Assembly: GCA_964235895.1 (NCBI GenBank)
Contig: CAXSCV010000001.1
Coordinates: 20,880 to 84,879 of the forward strand
Length of the DNA: 64,000 nt
Direction of reading: 5' to 3'
Source: an uncultured Chthoniobacterales bacterium
GTDB lineage: Bacteria > Verrucomicrobiota > Verrucomicrobiia > Chthoniobacterales > UBA10450
Each line of letters begins with the position of its first letter. The stretch's first letter is position 1. The position numbers and the translations under genes are program-made. Positions 28,293-37,274 of the stretch are shown one piece after another. The notes under the pieces are model-generated. The model ran no database searches and was not told the DNA's origin. It worked only from the letters and a program-made list of their open reading frames with translations.

Positions 28293-29206
28293 TGAAAACT
28301 GCGACCGTCGAAACAGCAGACGGAACGCTGCTCGCGAAAGGCAGCCCGCACGGCGGTCTCTTCGGAGATTTAGCGGAGTTGGTGAAGGCGCGGTTAACGC
28401 TTCTTGTTTTGCTGACGACCGCCGTGGGATTTTACCTCGGCGCGGATGGGCCGGTCGATGGATGGGCCTTGTTTCACGCGGTCTTCGGCACGGCTCTGGC
28501 CGCGGCCGGCGCCGCCGCGCTCAATCAATGGTGGGAACGTCCACTCGATGCGCTTATGCAACGCACCAAGGAGCGCCCAATTCCTTCCGGCCGCATGCTG
28601 CCGCGGAGTGGATTGATCATCGGCGCGTTGCTTTCCCTCGCGGGCATCGTTTATCTCACGCTCATTTGTAACGGCCTCTCCGCTTTCCTCGCCGCCGCCA
28701 CCATCGGCATTTATGTTTTCGCTTACACGCCGCTGAAAAGAATTAGTACAACCAATACTTTAGTCGGCGCAATTCCGGGAGCGCTTCCGCCTGTGATCGG
28801 ATGGACTGCGGCGACCGGCCACATCGAGGGCGCGGCCTGGAGTCTCTTTGCGATTATGTTCTGCTGGCAGATGCCGCACTTCTTCGCCATCGCCTGGATG
28901 TATCGCGAAGATTACGCGCGCGGCGGTTTTCGCATGTTGTCGCTCGATGACGACAGCGGCGCGCGCAGCGCCAGCCAGGGCGTTTTGTTTAGCATGTTGC
29001 TTCTGATCATTACCGGCGTGCCGACCTACATTGGCCTAACGAGTGAGATTTATCTCCCCTTCGCGCTCGCGCTCGGCGCCTGGTTCATCATCATGGCCAT
29101 GCACTTCCACCGGCGCAAAACGCGGGCTTCCGCGCGTGCCTTATTTCTTACCTCCATCATTTATCTACCGCTCCTCTTACTCGTCCTCGTTCTGACCAAA
29201 TCATGA
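28289..29206 (+). CDS. ctaB: Protoheme IX farnesyltransferase (heme O synthase)
   Basis: UbiA-family polytopic protein with NQWWERPLDALMQRTKERP... in the position after ctaA. ATGA overlap. Confidence 0.9.
   Translation: MMKTATVETADGTLLAKGSPHGGLFGDLAELVKARLTLLVLLTTAVGFYLGADGPVDGWALFHAVFGTALAAAGAAALNQWWERPLDALMQRTKERPIPSGRMLPRSGLIIGALLSLAGIVYLTLICNGLSAFLAAATIGIYVFAYTPLKRISTTNTLVGAIPGALPPVIGWTAATGHIEGAAWSLFAIMFCWQMPHFFAIAWMYREDYARGGFRMLSLDDDSGARSASQGVLFSMLLLIITGVPTYIGLTSEIYLPFALALGAWFIIMAMHFHRRKTRASARALFLTSIIYLPLLLLVLVLTKS
29034..29043 (-). repeat. Copy of over-represented 10-mer (GCCTAACGAG on + strand)
   Basis: Exact match in ctaB. Read as L-T-S. Confidence 0.9.
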
Positions 29207-29856
29207 ATGCTGCTTCCGTTCCCGTGCGCCGCCCGGTTTCCGCCGGCGCTGCTGTTTGGCGTGCGCTTCTTCTGGCGCTTCCCCTATTGATCGCGACGAT
29301 TTTTTTCTTCGTCTGGCGCAGTCAGGTCAATCAACTCGCGCAACGTCCCTTGGACTCGTTAGGCACGGTGCCGCCTTTTCAGCTGGTGAACCAGAGCGAC
29401 AACGTTTTTGGATCGGCGGAGCTTCAGGGAAAAATTTGGATCGCCGATTTCGTTTTTACTACTTGCCGCGGGCCATGTCCGATGATCAGCAGCCGCATGA
29501 GCGAATTGCAGCGGCCTCTGGAAAAATCGGACGTGCATCTGGTTTCTTTCACCGTCGATCCAAAGACGGATACGCCAGCAGTTTTGCGCGATTATGCCGA
29601 GCGCGTTCACGCGCAACCTGGCCGTTGGGATTTCTTAACCGGCTCCGTTAGCGCGATCTACGATCTGACGCGGAACGGATTCAAACTCGCAGTGGCCGAT
29701 GGCGCGGATGAGCTCGGCGTGCCGGTGCACAGCACGCGCGCGGTTTTGGTGGATCGACAAGGAACCATCCGCGGCTACTACGATATGACGGCGCCGGATG
29801 CGGTGACGAAGTTGCTCGCCGACACGAGTCATCTGCTGCGCGAAGAGCCGCGCTGA
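29203..29856 (+). CDS. SCO1/SenC-family copper chaperone
   Basis: N-terminal anchor, FVFTTCRGPCP (CxxxC) motif, thioredoxin-like fold pattern. ATGA overlap with ctaB. Confidence 0.85.
   Translation: MNAASVPVRRPVSAGAAVWRALLLALPLLIATIFFFVWRSQVNQLAQRPLDSLGTVPPFQLVNQSDNVFGSAELQGKIWIADFVFTTCRGPCPMISSRMSELQRPLEKSDVHLVSFTVDPKTDTPAVLRDYAERVHAQPGRWDFLTGSVSAIYDLTRNGFKLAVADGADELGVPVHSTRAVLVDRQGTIRGYYDMTAPDAVTKLLADTSHLLREEPR
29355..29364 (+). repeat. Copy of over-represented 10-mer CTCGTTAGGC
   Basis: Exact match in the SCO gene. Read as S-L-G. Confidence 0.9.
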
Positions 29857-29868
29857 GCACGGAACGAT

Positions 29869-30765
29869 TTACGATTCCGCGGTTGGCCGAACGGTCGGGC
29901 CTTCGTCGGCGGCAAGACGAAGATATTCGCGGTATTCGCCTATCGGCAGCCGGTCGATGATTTGCTCGAGCGCGGGTTGATCGATAAAGCCGGCGCGAAA
30001 CGCAACCTCTTCCAGGCACGCGATCTTCAAGCCCTGCCGATGCTCGATCGTGGCGATGTAGTTGCCCGCTTCCAACAAACTGGTTTGCGTGCCGGTATCG
30101 AGCCAGGCCATGCCGCGCGTGAGGACTTTTACATGCAGTTCATTGCGCTCGAGATAAACCCGATTCAAATCCGTGATCTCTAACTCACCGCGCGCGGATG
30201 GTTTTAACTCGCGACAAAAATCGACCACGCGCTCGTCGTAAACGTAGAGACCGGGAATCGCGAAATGGCTTTTCGGCTTCTGCGGTTTCTCCTCGAGGCT
30301 GAGCGCTTTTCCATCCGGTCCGAACTCCACCACGCCGTAACGCTCGGGATCGCGCACTTGATAACCAAAAATGCACGCGCCCTTCTCCACCGCGAGAGCG
30401 GCGCGATAGAAATCGAGTTTCCCGTAGAAAATATTGTCGCCGAGAATGAGCGACGTGCCGGTGCCATCGAGAAATTTCGCGCCGATTAAAAACGCCTGCG
30501 CGATGCCTTCCGGTTTCGCTTGCTCGGCGTATTCGATGCGCACGCCGAGGCGCGATCCGTCCCCCAGAAAATCCTGCAACATCGGCAGATCCTTCGGCGT
30601 CGAGATGATTAAAATTTCGCGCAGCCCGCCGAGCATGAGCGTGGCGAGCGGATAACAAATCATCGGCTTGTCGTAGACCGGCAGAAGCTGTTTGCAGACG
30701 ATGCGGGTGAGCGGATAAAGACGAGTGCCCGCGCCGCCGGCGAGAAGGATGGCTTTCTTGTTCAT
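29869..30765 (-). CDS. rfbA: Glucose-1-phosphate thymidylyltransferase
   Basis: MNKKAILLAGGAGTRLYPLTRIVCKQLLPVYDKPMICYPL is a canonical RmlA N-terminus. Confidence 0.95.
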   Translation of the reverse strand: MNKKAILLAGGAGTRLYPLTRIVCKQLLPVYDKPMICYPLATLMLGGLREILIISTPKDLPMLQDFLGDGSRLGVRIEYAEQAKPEGIAQAFLIGAKFLDGTGTSLILGDNIFYGKLDFYRAALAVEKGACIFGYQVRDPERYGVVEFGPDGKALSLEEKPQKPKSHFAIPGLYVYDERVVDFCRELKPSARGELEITDLNRVYLERNELHVKVLTRGMAWLDTGTQTSLLEAGNYIATIEHRQGLKIACLEEVAFRAGFIDQPALEQIIDRLPIGEYREYLRLAADEGPTVRPTAES

Positions 30766-31988
30766 CGAGTTGCAGCGGCAGGCTTATGGCTGGTCGGGAG
30801 ATGTTGCAACAGCGACTCGATTGTTTGCTCGATCGCAAACTTGTTCTGCACGCGCGCGCGGCCGGCACGGCCGAAAGTTTCGCGTAGCGACGGATCATTG
30901 ATCAAAGTCGCAATCGCCGTCGCCAAGGCCGACGGATCATTCGGCCTAACGAGTAATCCAGTTTTGTTTTGCGCGATCAATTCCGGAATGCCGGCGACCG
31001 TGGTCGAGACGACCGGTTTGCCGCTGGCCATCGCTTCGGCGATAACCGTGGGAAACACATCGCTCGCGCCACGGTCATCGACCACCGCCGCGAGGACAAA
31101 GACGTCGCAGTTGCGTAGCGCCTCTAAAACGTAATCCTGTGCCTGTTCGCCGGAAAAACAGACGTGATCGCCAAGATCATTTTGTGCAACCCGTCGCTGC
31201 AATTCCTCGCGCAACTCGCCGTCGCCGATGATTTCGCAAGAGAATTCCACACCGTCGCGACGAAGCTGCGCGCAGGCGTCGATGACGACATCGAATCCTT
31301 TGAACGCGACCAATCGACCTACGCTCAGGAGACGGATGCGATCATGCGACGGCATCACGTTTTCATTCGCAGGCGCAAATTTTTCCAAGTTCATCCCATT
31401 ATAAACGCGAAACATTTTGTGCGCGGAAGCGGGACATTGCGCCGCCAGAAGGTCGCGACTGTAATCGGTTTCCGCGGCGACAAATTCCGCGCCCGCGCAA
31501 ATTTCACAAAGCAATTCTGCGTTGCCGAGATCGGTCATGAAATCCTGGCCGTGCGCGGTCATGCTGAACGGGATGCCGCTGATCGCTTTCACGAAAAGCG
31601 CGGTGTACGCGGCGCGATTGGCGAAGTGCACATGAAAATGTCGGACGCGGTGGCGCTCGAAAAGGTCGACGAAGAAGAGCGCGTTCCGCGCGCGCAGGGC
31701 CGCTTTGTAAGCGGGGCCGTATTTTTGCTCATGTTGCGCGATCAATTTCTCCGGCCAACGACCGGCGCGTTTCGCCTGGAGGACGAGTTTTTCCAGGTCC
31801 GATTTTTCCGGCGCGTAATGCACGGGCGCGCGGAAACGCGCGAGGTATTCGTGGCGCACGGGCGTCTTCGGCGGATACATCGAGGCGATGACTAACTCGA
31901 AGTCGCGCCGTTCCAGTTCCAGCATCTCGGTGTCACAGAAAGTCTGCGAGAGCACCGGATAGCGCGAGTAGAGATAGGCCAGCTGCAT
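30762..31988 (-). CDS. Glycosyltransferase family 4 (GT-B fold)
   Basis: C-terminal GT1/GT4 pattern (FPTVIAEAMASGKPVVSTTVAGIPELI). Overlaps the rfbA start by 4 nt. Confidence 0.8.
   Translation of the reverse strand: MQLAYLYSRYPVLSQTFCDTEMLELERRDFELVIASMYPPKTPVRHEYLARFRAPVHYAPEKSDLEKLVLQAKRAGRWPEKLIAQHEQKYGPAYKAALRARNALFFVDLFERHRVRHFHVHFANRAAYTALFVKAISGIPFSMTAHGQDFMTDLGNAELLCEICAGAEFVAAETDYSRDLLAAQCPASAHKMFRVYNGMNLEKFAPANENVMPSHDRIRLLSVGRLVAFKGFDVVIDACAQLRRDGVEFSCEIIGDGELREELQRRVAQNDLGDHVCFSGEQAQDYVLEALRNCDVFVLAAVVDDRGASDVFPTVIAEAMASGKPVVSTTVAGIPELIAQNKTGLLVRPNDPSALATAIATLINDPSLRETFGRAGRARVQNKFAIEQTIESLLQHLPTSHKPAAATR
30944..30953 (-). repeat. Copy of over-represented 10-mer (GCCTAACGAG on + strand)
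   Basis: Exact match in the minus-strand GT4 gene. Read as L-V-R. Confidence 0.9.
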
Positions 31989-32034
31989 GCGTTGATTTTG
32001 GGAACGCGCGCTTCCCGCATCCGAGTTCTGACGT

Positions 32035-32352
32035 TCAGGAAAACTGCACGTCTTTGCCTGGATCCATTTCGAAATCCAAATCGAGAATCTCCGCCACGTT
32101 CGGCTTGATCACTTCCTCGACGAACTTCACGTAAATCGGGTCCTGGCAAAAGACGTCGTATTTGTCCATCGACTCAAAATCGATCGCGATGAAGAAGGGC
32201 CAGGCCATTTCGCTCTTAATGCGCTTGCCGCATTTAATGCTCAGCACTTCCTGGATTTTCAGAAGCTGCATGCGCGCGTTCATCATCATCTCTTCCACGC
32301 GCGCCGGCGTCACCTCGGGCTTGAGCTTGAACAACGCGATGTGGTGGACCAT
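32035..32352 (-). CDS. Dabb (stress-responsive alpha/beta barrel) family protein
   Basis: MVHHIALFKLKPEVTPARVEEMM... pattern, 105 aa. Confidence 0.75.
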   Translation of the reverse strand: MVHHIALFKLKPEVTPARVEEMMMNARMQLLKIQEVLSIKCGKRIKSEMAWPFFIAIDFESMDKYDVFCQDPIYVKFVEEVIKPNVAEILDLDFEMDPGKDVQFS

Positions 32353-32436
32353 GGCGCTAGGATTAGGCGGGAGGCTGACGCGCGCAAGCCTGAAGCAGCC
32401 CCGAAGAGGCGGCGGAAATTTCGCGCTGCGCGTCCG

Positions 32437-32808
32437 CTATTTTTTCCAGTCGAGCGCGCCTTTTTTCAGCGCGTAAACATACCCGACCATGAGGATGGAA
32501 ACGAAGCTGAACATGCTCCAAAGAATGGTCATGCCATGCGTGATCGATTCCTTATAAACGACGGCCCACGGATACATGAAAACGATCTCCAGATCGAAAA
32601 GAATGAAGAGCATCGCCACGAGATAGAACTTCACGCTGAAGCGCGGTTGCGCTTCGCCCTGCGGGACCATGCCGCATTCGTAAGCGGTATCTTTCACGCG
32701 ATTCCGGCGGCCGGCTTTGCCGAGAAGCACGCTGAAGAGCAACGCGGAAACGGCAAAGCCGATTGCCACGATGATGTGGAGGAGGACCGGGAGATATTCT
32801 CGAATCAT
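32437..32808 (-). CDS. nuoA: NADH-quinone oxidoreductase subunit A
   Basis: YECGMVPQGEAQPRFSVKFYLVAMLFILFDLEIVFMYPWAVV is a canonical NuoA core. Confidence 0.9.
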   Translation of the reverse strand: MIREYLPVLLHIIVAIGFAVSALLFSVLLGKAGRRNRVKDTAYECGMVPQGEAQPRFSVKFYLVAMLFILFDLEIVFMYPWAVVYKESITHGMTILWSMFSFVSILMVGYVYALKKGALDWKK

Positions 32809-32838
32809 TCGGGGAAACCGAACGCTGTTCGCGCAACG

Positions 32839-33183
32839 CTACTTCGTGGTCGTCGTGGTCCCGACCGGCTTCGTCATGGGCGGTGGAAAATGGCCGTTCT
32901 GCGGCGCGATGGCCGCGGCGAGGGCAGAGGGCAATCCCTTATATTTCTTGCCGGTTTTTTTGACCGCGCCCCGCGAGACCAGGTTCTGAAGTTTTTCATA
33001 CGCACGCAGGCGAAGCATTTCCTCTCCGCCGCTGGCCGCATTCCGCGCGCGCAAATTTTCATGCACGACATCGAAAAGTTGTTTGAACTCGAACGAAGCG
33101 CGGCGGGAAAGAACCGCGACCAATTCCTCGGTCACAAGGTCAGGGACTCTGCGGGAGAATGCGTTTTTCTTCAGGATGGCCAT
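32839..33183 (-). CDS. Hypothetical protein
   Basis: Internal ATG (MAILKKNAFSRRVPDLVTEEL...), 114 aa. The upstream part of the listed 211-aa ORF overlaps the neighbouring gene and is R/P-rich. Confidence 0.5.
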   Translation of the reverse strand: MAILKKNAFSRRVPDLVTEELVAVLSRRASFEFKQLFDVVHENLRARNAASGGEEMLRLRAYEKLQNLVSRGAVKKTGKKYKGLPSALAAAIAPQNGHFPPPMTKPVGTTTTTK

Positions 33184-33268
33184 AAGGCGCAGACGATAAC
33201 ATATTCGTCCAAAATCGCAGCAGATTTCTCTCTGTTGCGAGGCAAAATCAGGTCGCGTGACGGCGCGA

Positions 33269-35083
33269 TTATTCCTGCGAATCCGGCGTCTCGTCCGGCT
33301 CGGGAGAATCCTCGGAATCGGGGGATGGCGCGGCCATGATCGCGGGCGCGGATGGCGCGCCGAAAGGCATGCGCATCTGATTTCCGTAGAAGCTCGCGCC
33401 CATGGAAATGGCCGCCGCGCCGATGCCGATTTGATAAAGGGAAAGTGGTCCGACCGATTCCACGCGATAACCATTGTCCTGATAAATCTGCGACAAAACG
33501 AATGGACTAAGATGTCGCGTGATCACTTCCGCGGCCGGCAATTTCCCGAGGTCGACCGTGTCCGCGACGCTCGGCATAAACGCGGCCGCCATGATCAACA
33601 TCGGCCGCACCGCGGCGTCGAGTCGAGTGTAAAAAAGCGCGGTATCGAAATAACCAAACGCATTTTTCGGCGCGGGCACGAGCGCTTCCGCGCTTTTGAA
33701 AGCGGACGCCGCGGCCAATCCGGAGCTGGTCGCGCTCGCGCGTTGCATGGCGGATTCGACCGAAGAGAGATCGAGCCCCGCGATGAACAATTGATTCGAA
33801 AGAGCGATCGTGGGACCGATCGGCACCATCGGATTCGCGGGCGGTTTGGTGAAATATTGCACGCCATCTTTCTCCGATGTCGTCCAAGCCGTTTCGTTCG
33901 CGGTCGCGGCAGTGATCGTGGCCATGATCTCGCGCGCTTTCGTTGCGTCTTTCACCGGCAAGGTCGCGAAGAGCGATGGCATCCGCGCGCTCTGCGCCCA
34001 TTCACCAACGACACCGAACTCCGGCGCGAATGCGCTTTTCCAATATTCGGGCGTGATGCCTTTGACCGCTAAGGCGCTCAGCAAACCTTGCATCGCGGGC
34101 GGGAAACCGTTCGCGTTCGTCCTTTGCGCGGCGGGCATTTGCTGGGGCAAATTCAAAAAGCTCGCGAGATAAAGAAACGAATCCGCCGTGGCGAGCGAGA
34201 GCGACGAGCGCGTCAGATTCTCCGGTTCATCCATCTTCGGCATCGACACGAAAAGGAGGTCGCGCATCTTCCCGCCCTCGAAACTTGTCGCCGCGCAAAC
34301 GCTGTGGATTTGTCGGAGCATCGACGCTTGTTCGTTCGCGCTCCCGTCCTGCGGCAACTTCGCCGCGAGCCGCGCGAAATATTGGTCGAGCCGTCCGTAA
34401 GCGACCGCCGCATAACTGGCCGGCATTTGCTTGAAGGCGCTCGCGAAATTTTCCTCCGTGGTCAAAGTGCCGGCCGCGTCTTTTGAACGTCTATCCGCGC
34501 GGTCGAGCAATGTCTTCAGCGCGGGCAAATCATTCGCGGCGAAGAACCAATCGCCATCGTAAACCGTCGCGAAGATCACGGCCTCATGCGTCGCGACCTC
34601 GATGGAATGTTTCTCGTATGCGATCGTTTCGTGTTTCAAATCCGGCGTTGCCTGCGAAAGATGCGCGCGCCATTGACCGACGACTTTCTCCGCGTCGTCG
34701 CTCGTTCCGTTGAAGCGAAAACCGCCGAGGATTTTCGGCTGCTCATTTTCCAGCGCGACCAGCGCGAAAAAAGCGTCCTTCATCTGCAACGCTTCCAGCC
34801 GCTGCAAATTCTGGCGGACCCCATCGCTTTCCGGCGATTTCGCGAGCGGCTTTTGCAGGAAATCCTGCATCGCCGGTTCGCGCCACAATTTATAAATATC
34901 CGTTTCGTGCCATTTCGCGCGCGCGCCGTTCACATCCGGCACGTGGACGAAAGCGATCGTTTCTTTGGGCAACAACGCCGTCACGCTCGCGCTCGACGTT
35001 CGCAACCCGCCGCTGCGCATGGCGAACCAAATGCCCAACGCCGCCAGCACAACCACGACGAGGAACAGAAAAAATCTTTTCAT
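33269..35083 (-). CDS. Hypothetical N-terminally anchored protein (possibly DUF3352-like)
   Basis: 604 aa with an N-terminal TM helix (FFLFLVVVVLAALGIWFAM), a large extracytoplasmic region and an acidic Pro-rich tail. The family guess comes from memory only. Confidence 0.6.
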   Translation of the reverse strand: MKRFFLFLVVVVLAALGIWFAMRSGGLRTSSASVTALLPKETIAFVHVPDVNGARAKWHETDIYKLWREPAMQDFLQKPLAKSPESDGVRQNLQRLEALQMKDAFFALVALENEQPKILGGFRFNGTSDDAEKVVGQWRAHLSQATPDLKHETIAYEKHSIEVATHEAVIFATVYDGDWFFAANDLPALKTLLDRADRRSKDAAGTLTTEENFASAFKQMPASYAAVAYGRLDQYFARLAAKLPQDGSANEQASMLRQIHSVCAATSFEGGKMRDLLFVSMPKMDEPENLTRSSLSLATADSFLYLASFLNLPQQMPAAQRTNANGFPPAMQGLLSALAVKGITPEYWKSAFAPEFGVVGEWAQSARMPSLFATLPVKDATKAREIMATITAATANETAWTTSEKDGVQYFTKPPANPMVPIGPTIALSNQLFIAGLDLSSVESAMQRASATSSGLAAASAFKSAEALVPAPKNAFGYFDTALFYTRLDAAVRPMLIMAAAFMPSVADTVDLGKLPAAEVITRHLSPFVLSQIYQDNGYRVESVGPLSLYQIGIGAAAISMGASFYGNQMRMPFGAPSAPAIMAAPSPDSEDSPEPDETPDSQE

Positions 35084-35135
35084 GGTGCCGAGCAGTTTAG
35101 CGGGCGGCGCGCAGCCGCCAACGCCTAAACCACCG

Positions 35136-36083
35136 TCACGCGCGCGGATGAAATTTACGATGAACCGCCTTCAGTCGCTGCTGGTCGACGTGCGTGTAAA
35201 CCTGCGTGGTCGAGATGTCGGCGTGCCCGAGCATTTCCTGGATGATCCGCAGATCGGCCCCGTTGCTTAACAAGTGCGTGGCGAAACTGTGCCGGAGCAA
35301 ATGCGGATAAATATTCGCTTCCAGGCCGGATTGGCGCGCGCGTTCCTTGACGATTTGCCAGAGGCGCACGGTGCTGAGTTTTGTCCCCCGCGCGGAAAGA
35401 AAAATCTCACTGCTCGAGCGCGCTTTCACCAGCTTCGGACGCTCCGCGGAAAGATATGCGGCCAGCGCGGCGCAGGCTTTTGCGCCCACTGGCACGAGCC
35501 GCATTTTGTTTCCTTTGCCGGTGACGCGCAGGATTCGCTCTTCGAAATTCAGATTCTCCAGGCGCGCGTTGGCCAGTTCCGAAATGCGCAAACCGCTCGC
35601 GTAAAGCAGTTCGATTATTGCGCGATCGCGCAGGCCGCGCGGCTGCGTGGTCTGGATGCTTTCGATGAGTTGTTCCACCTGCAGCTCGTTCAACGTTTCC
35701 GGCAGATAACGCTCTATTCGCGGAAGCGTGAGCGTTTCGGTCGGATCGCGCTCGATCTTCCCTTTCGCGAGGAGGAATCGAAAAAATATCTTCAGCGCCA
35801 CCACCACAAGCTTGATCGACGACGCAGACAGGCCGCGTTTTTTTTGCGAAGCGAGATAATCCGTGATCAGCGGTTGCGTTACTTCGTTCATCGCGGCGAT
35901 TTGGCGCGCGCGCGAAGCCCACGTGGCGAACTCCGTCAGCGAACGACGCGTGGAAAGTTGATAATTTTCCGAGAGCCCGCGCTCCGTCGCGAGGAATCGA
36001 ATGAATTGATCGATCGCCTCTTCCATCGGGAGCAAGCTTCCAACTTGCTCCCGCCCCGCAAGCGCAACCGTCACGGCCTGCAT
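35136..36083 (-). CDS. Tyrosine recombinase of the XerC/XerD type
   Basis: C-terminal catalytic region HLLRHSFATHLLSNGADLRIIQEMLGHADISTTQVYTHV. Start uncertain (36083 or 36026). Confidence 0.85.
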   Translation of the reverse strand: MQAVTVALAGREQVGSLLPMEEAIDQFIRFLATERGLSENYQLSTRRSLTEFATWASRARQIAAMNEVTQPLITDYLASQKKRGLSASSIKLVVVALKIFFRFLLAKGKIERDPTETLTLPRIERYLPETLNELQVEQLIESIQTTQPRGLRDRAIIELLYASGLRISELANARLENLNFEERILRVTGKGNKMRLVPVGAKACAALAAYLSAERPKLVKARSSSEIFLSARGTKLSTVRLWQIVKERARQSGLEANIYPHLLRHSFATHLLSNGADLRIIQEMLGHADISTTQVYTHVDQQRLKAVHRKFHPRA

Positions 36084-36186
36084 CGTGGCAGGTATCCTGC
36101 TCGAATTATTATGCTGCGGGGCATCGGCTAAAATCCCCAGCCGCGATTGACAGATACAGAATGAATGTCCGAACGTTAAAGAGAAG

Positions 36187-36945
36187 ATGAGCCTCGACCT
36201 GAATAGCCTGCTGAACGATTGGCCGCACGAAAGCGGCTCGATCAAAGTGCGCAAGATTCTCGGCCTCGATGGTCGCGAAAAACTGCAACTGCGCATCGAC
36301 CTTGGGATGCTGCAGATGGAAATGACTGGCCGCCCCGACGGCGTGCGCCCGCATAACAGCGATTCGCTCCTGCAATATCATCAGCGTCGCGCGGCCCGCG
36401 CAGAAGCGCGCGGCGACACCTACGAGTTGAACGCCGAGCAATGCGCCGAGCTTCAGCAGGAAGGCATTCAGTATTATCACCGCTATCTCAGCCTGTTTCA
36501 GATCAACGATTTCCACGCGGTCATCCGCGACACGCAACGCAATCTCGATCTCTTCGAATTCGTCGCGACCCATGCGGAGCGCGACGAGGTGGCTTGGAGC
36601 TTCCAGCAATTTCGGCCTTACGTGCTAATGATGAACACGCGCGCCAAGGCTTCGATTTTTCTGGCCGACGGCAAATTTGCCGAAGCGATGCGCGAGATCG
36701 AGCGCGGCCGCGACGCGATTCAGGAGTTTTTCAATCAATCGAACTTTCCCGAGCTCGCGCAGAAAAGTTCCGAGTTGGCTTTTCTCGAAGAATGGCTCGA
36801 AGAAGTCAGCTCGAAGCGCCCGCTTTCCAAGCTCGAGATCATGCAGCGCGAGATGGAAGTCGCGATCGCGAGCGAGCTCTACGAACGCGCCGCGGAGCTG
36901 CGCGACGCGATCAAACTTCTGCAGACTTCGCAGACGCGGGCCTAA
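36187..36945 (+). CDS. UvrB/UvrC-motif (UVR domain) containing protein
   Basis: C-terminal ELYERAAELRDAIKLLQ UVR motif, 252 aa. Confidence 0.7.
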   Translation: MSLDLNSLLNDWPHESGSIKVRKILGLDGREKLQLRIDLGMLQMEMTGRPDGVRPHNSDSLLQYHQRRAARAEARGDTYELNAEQCAELQQEGIQYYHRYLSLFQINDFHAVIRDTQRNLDLFEFVATHAERDEVAWSFQQFRPYVLMMNTRAKASIFLADGKFAEAMREIERGRDAIQEFFNQSNFPELAQKSSELAFLEEWLEEVSSKRPLSKLEIMQREMEVAIASELYERAAELRDAIKLLQTSQTRA

Positions 36946-37025
36946 TTTTCGACCACTTCGCGAGTCGAATCGAATTCGCAATCGTCAGCGATTCTCAGTG
37001 AGGAAATCGCCGAATCCGCGAGTCG

Positions 37026-37181
37026 TTAGGCGTCAGGCTTGGTCTTAGGCAGACCGACGACTTTCGTGCCGTCTTTCCACAGGCCGCGCTTTTTCAGGAG
37101 CTCGACGCGCTCGAAACGTTTCAGAACATTCCGCTTGGCGGTGATGGTGCTGGCTCCTTTTAGACTGCGATGCTGCGACAT
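37026..37181 (-). CDS. Small basic protein (PVC-type)
   Basis: 51 aa: MSQHRSLKGASTITAKRNVLKRFERVELLKKRGLWKDG.... The stop lies in a one-mismatch copy of the repeated 10-mer. Confidence 0.6.
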   Translation of the reverse strand: MSQHRSLKGASTITAKRNVLKRFERVELLKKRGLWKDGTKVVGLPKTKPDA

Positions 37182-37274
37182 AAATGCTCCTGTGTTCCGG
37201 GGAAAGTGAGCGGCAACAGTAGAGGGCACGCCCGCTTTTTCAACTGCTTATCGTGTCCGCGCCCGCGGGGAAAG

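Noticed and set aside
35136-36083. Tyrosine recombinase as a marker of an integrated mobile element
   Set aside because: There is no adjacent tRNA, no direct repeats, and no phage, transposon or conjugation genes. The sequence looks like housekeeping XerC/XerD, and the flanking genes are ordinary chromosomal genes.
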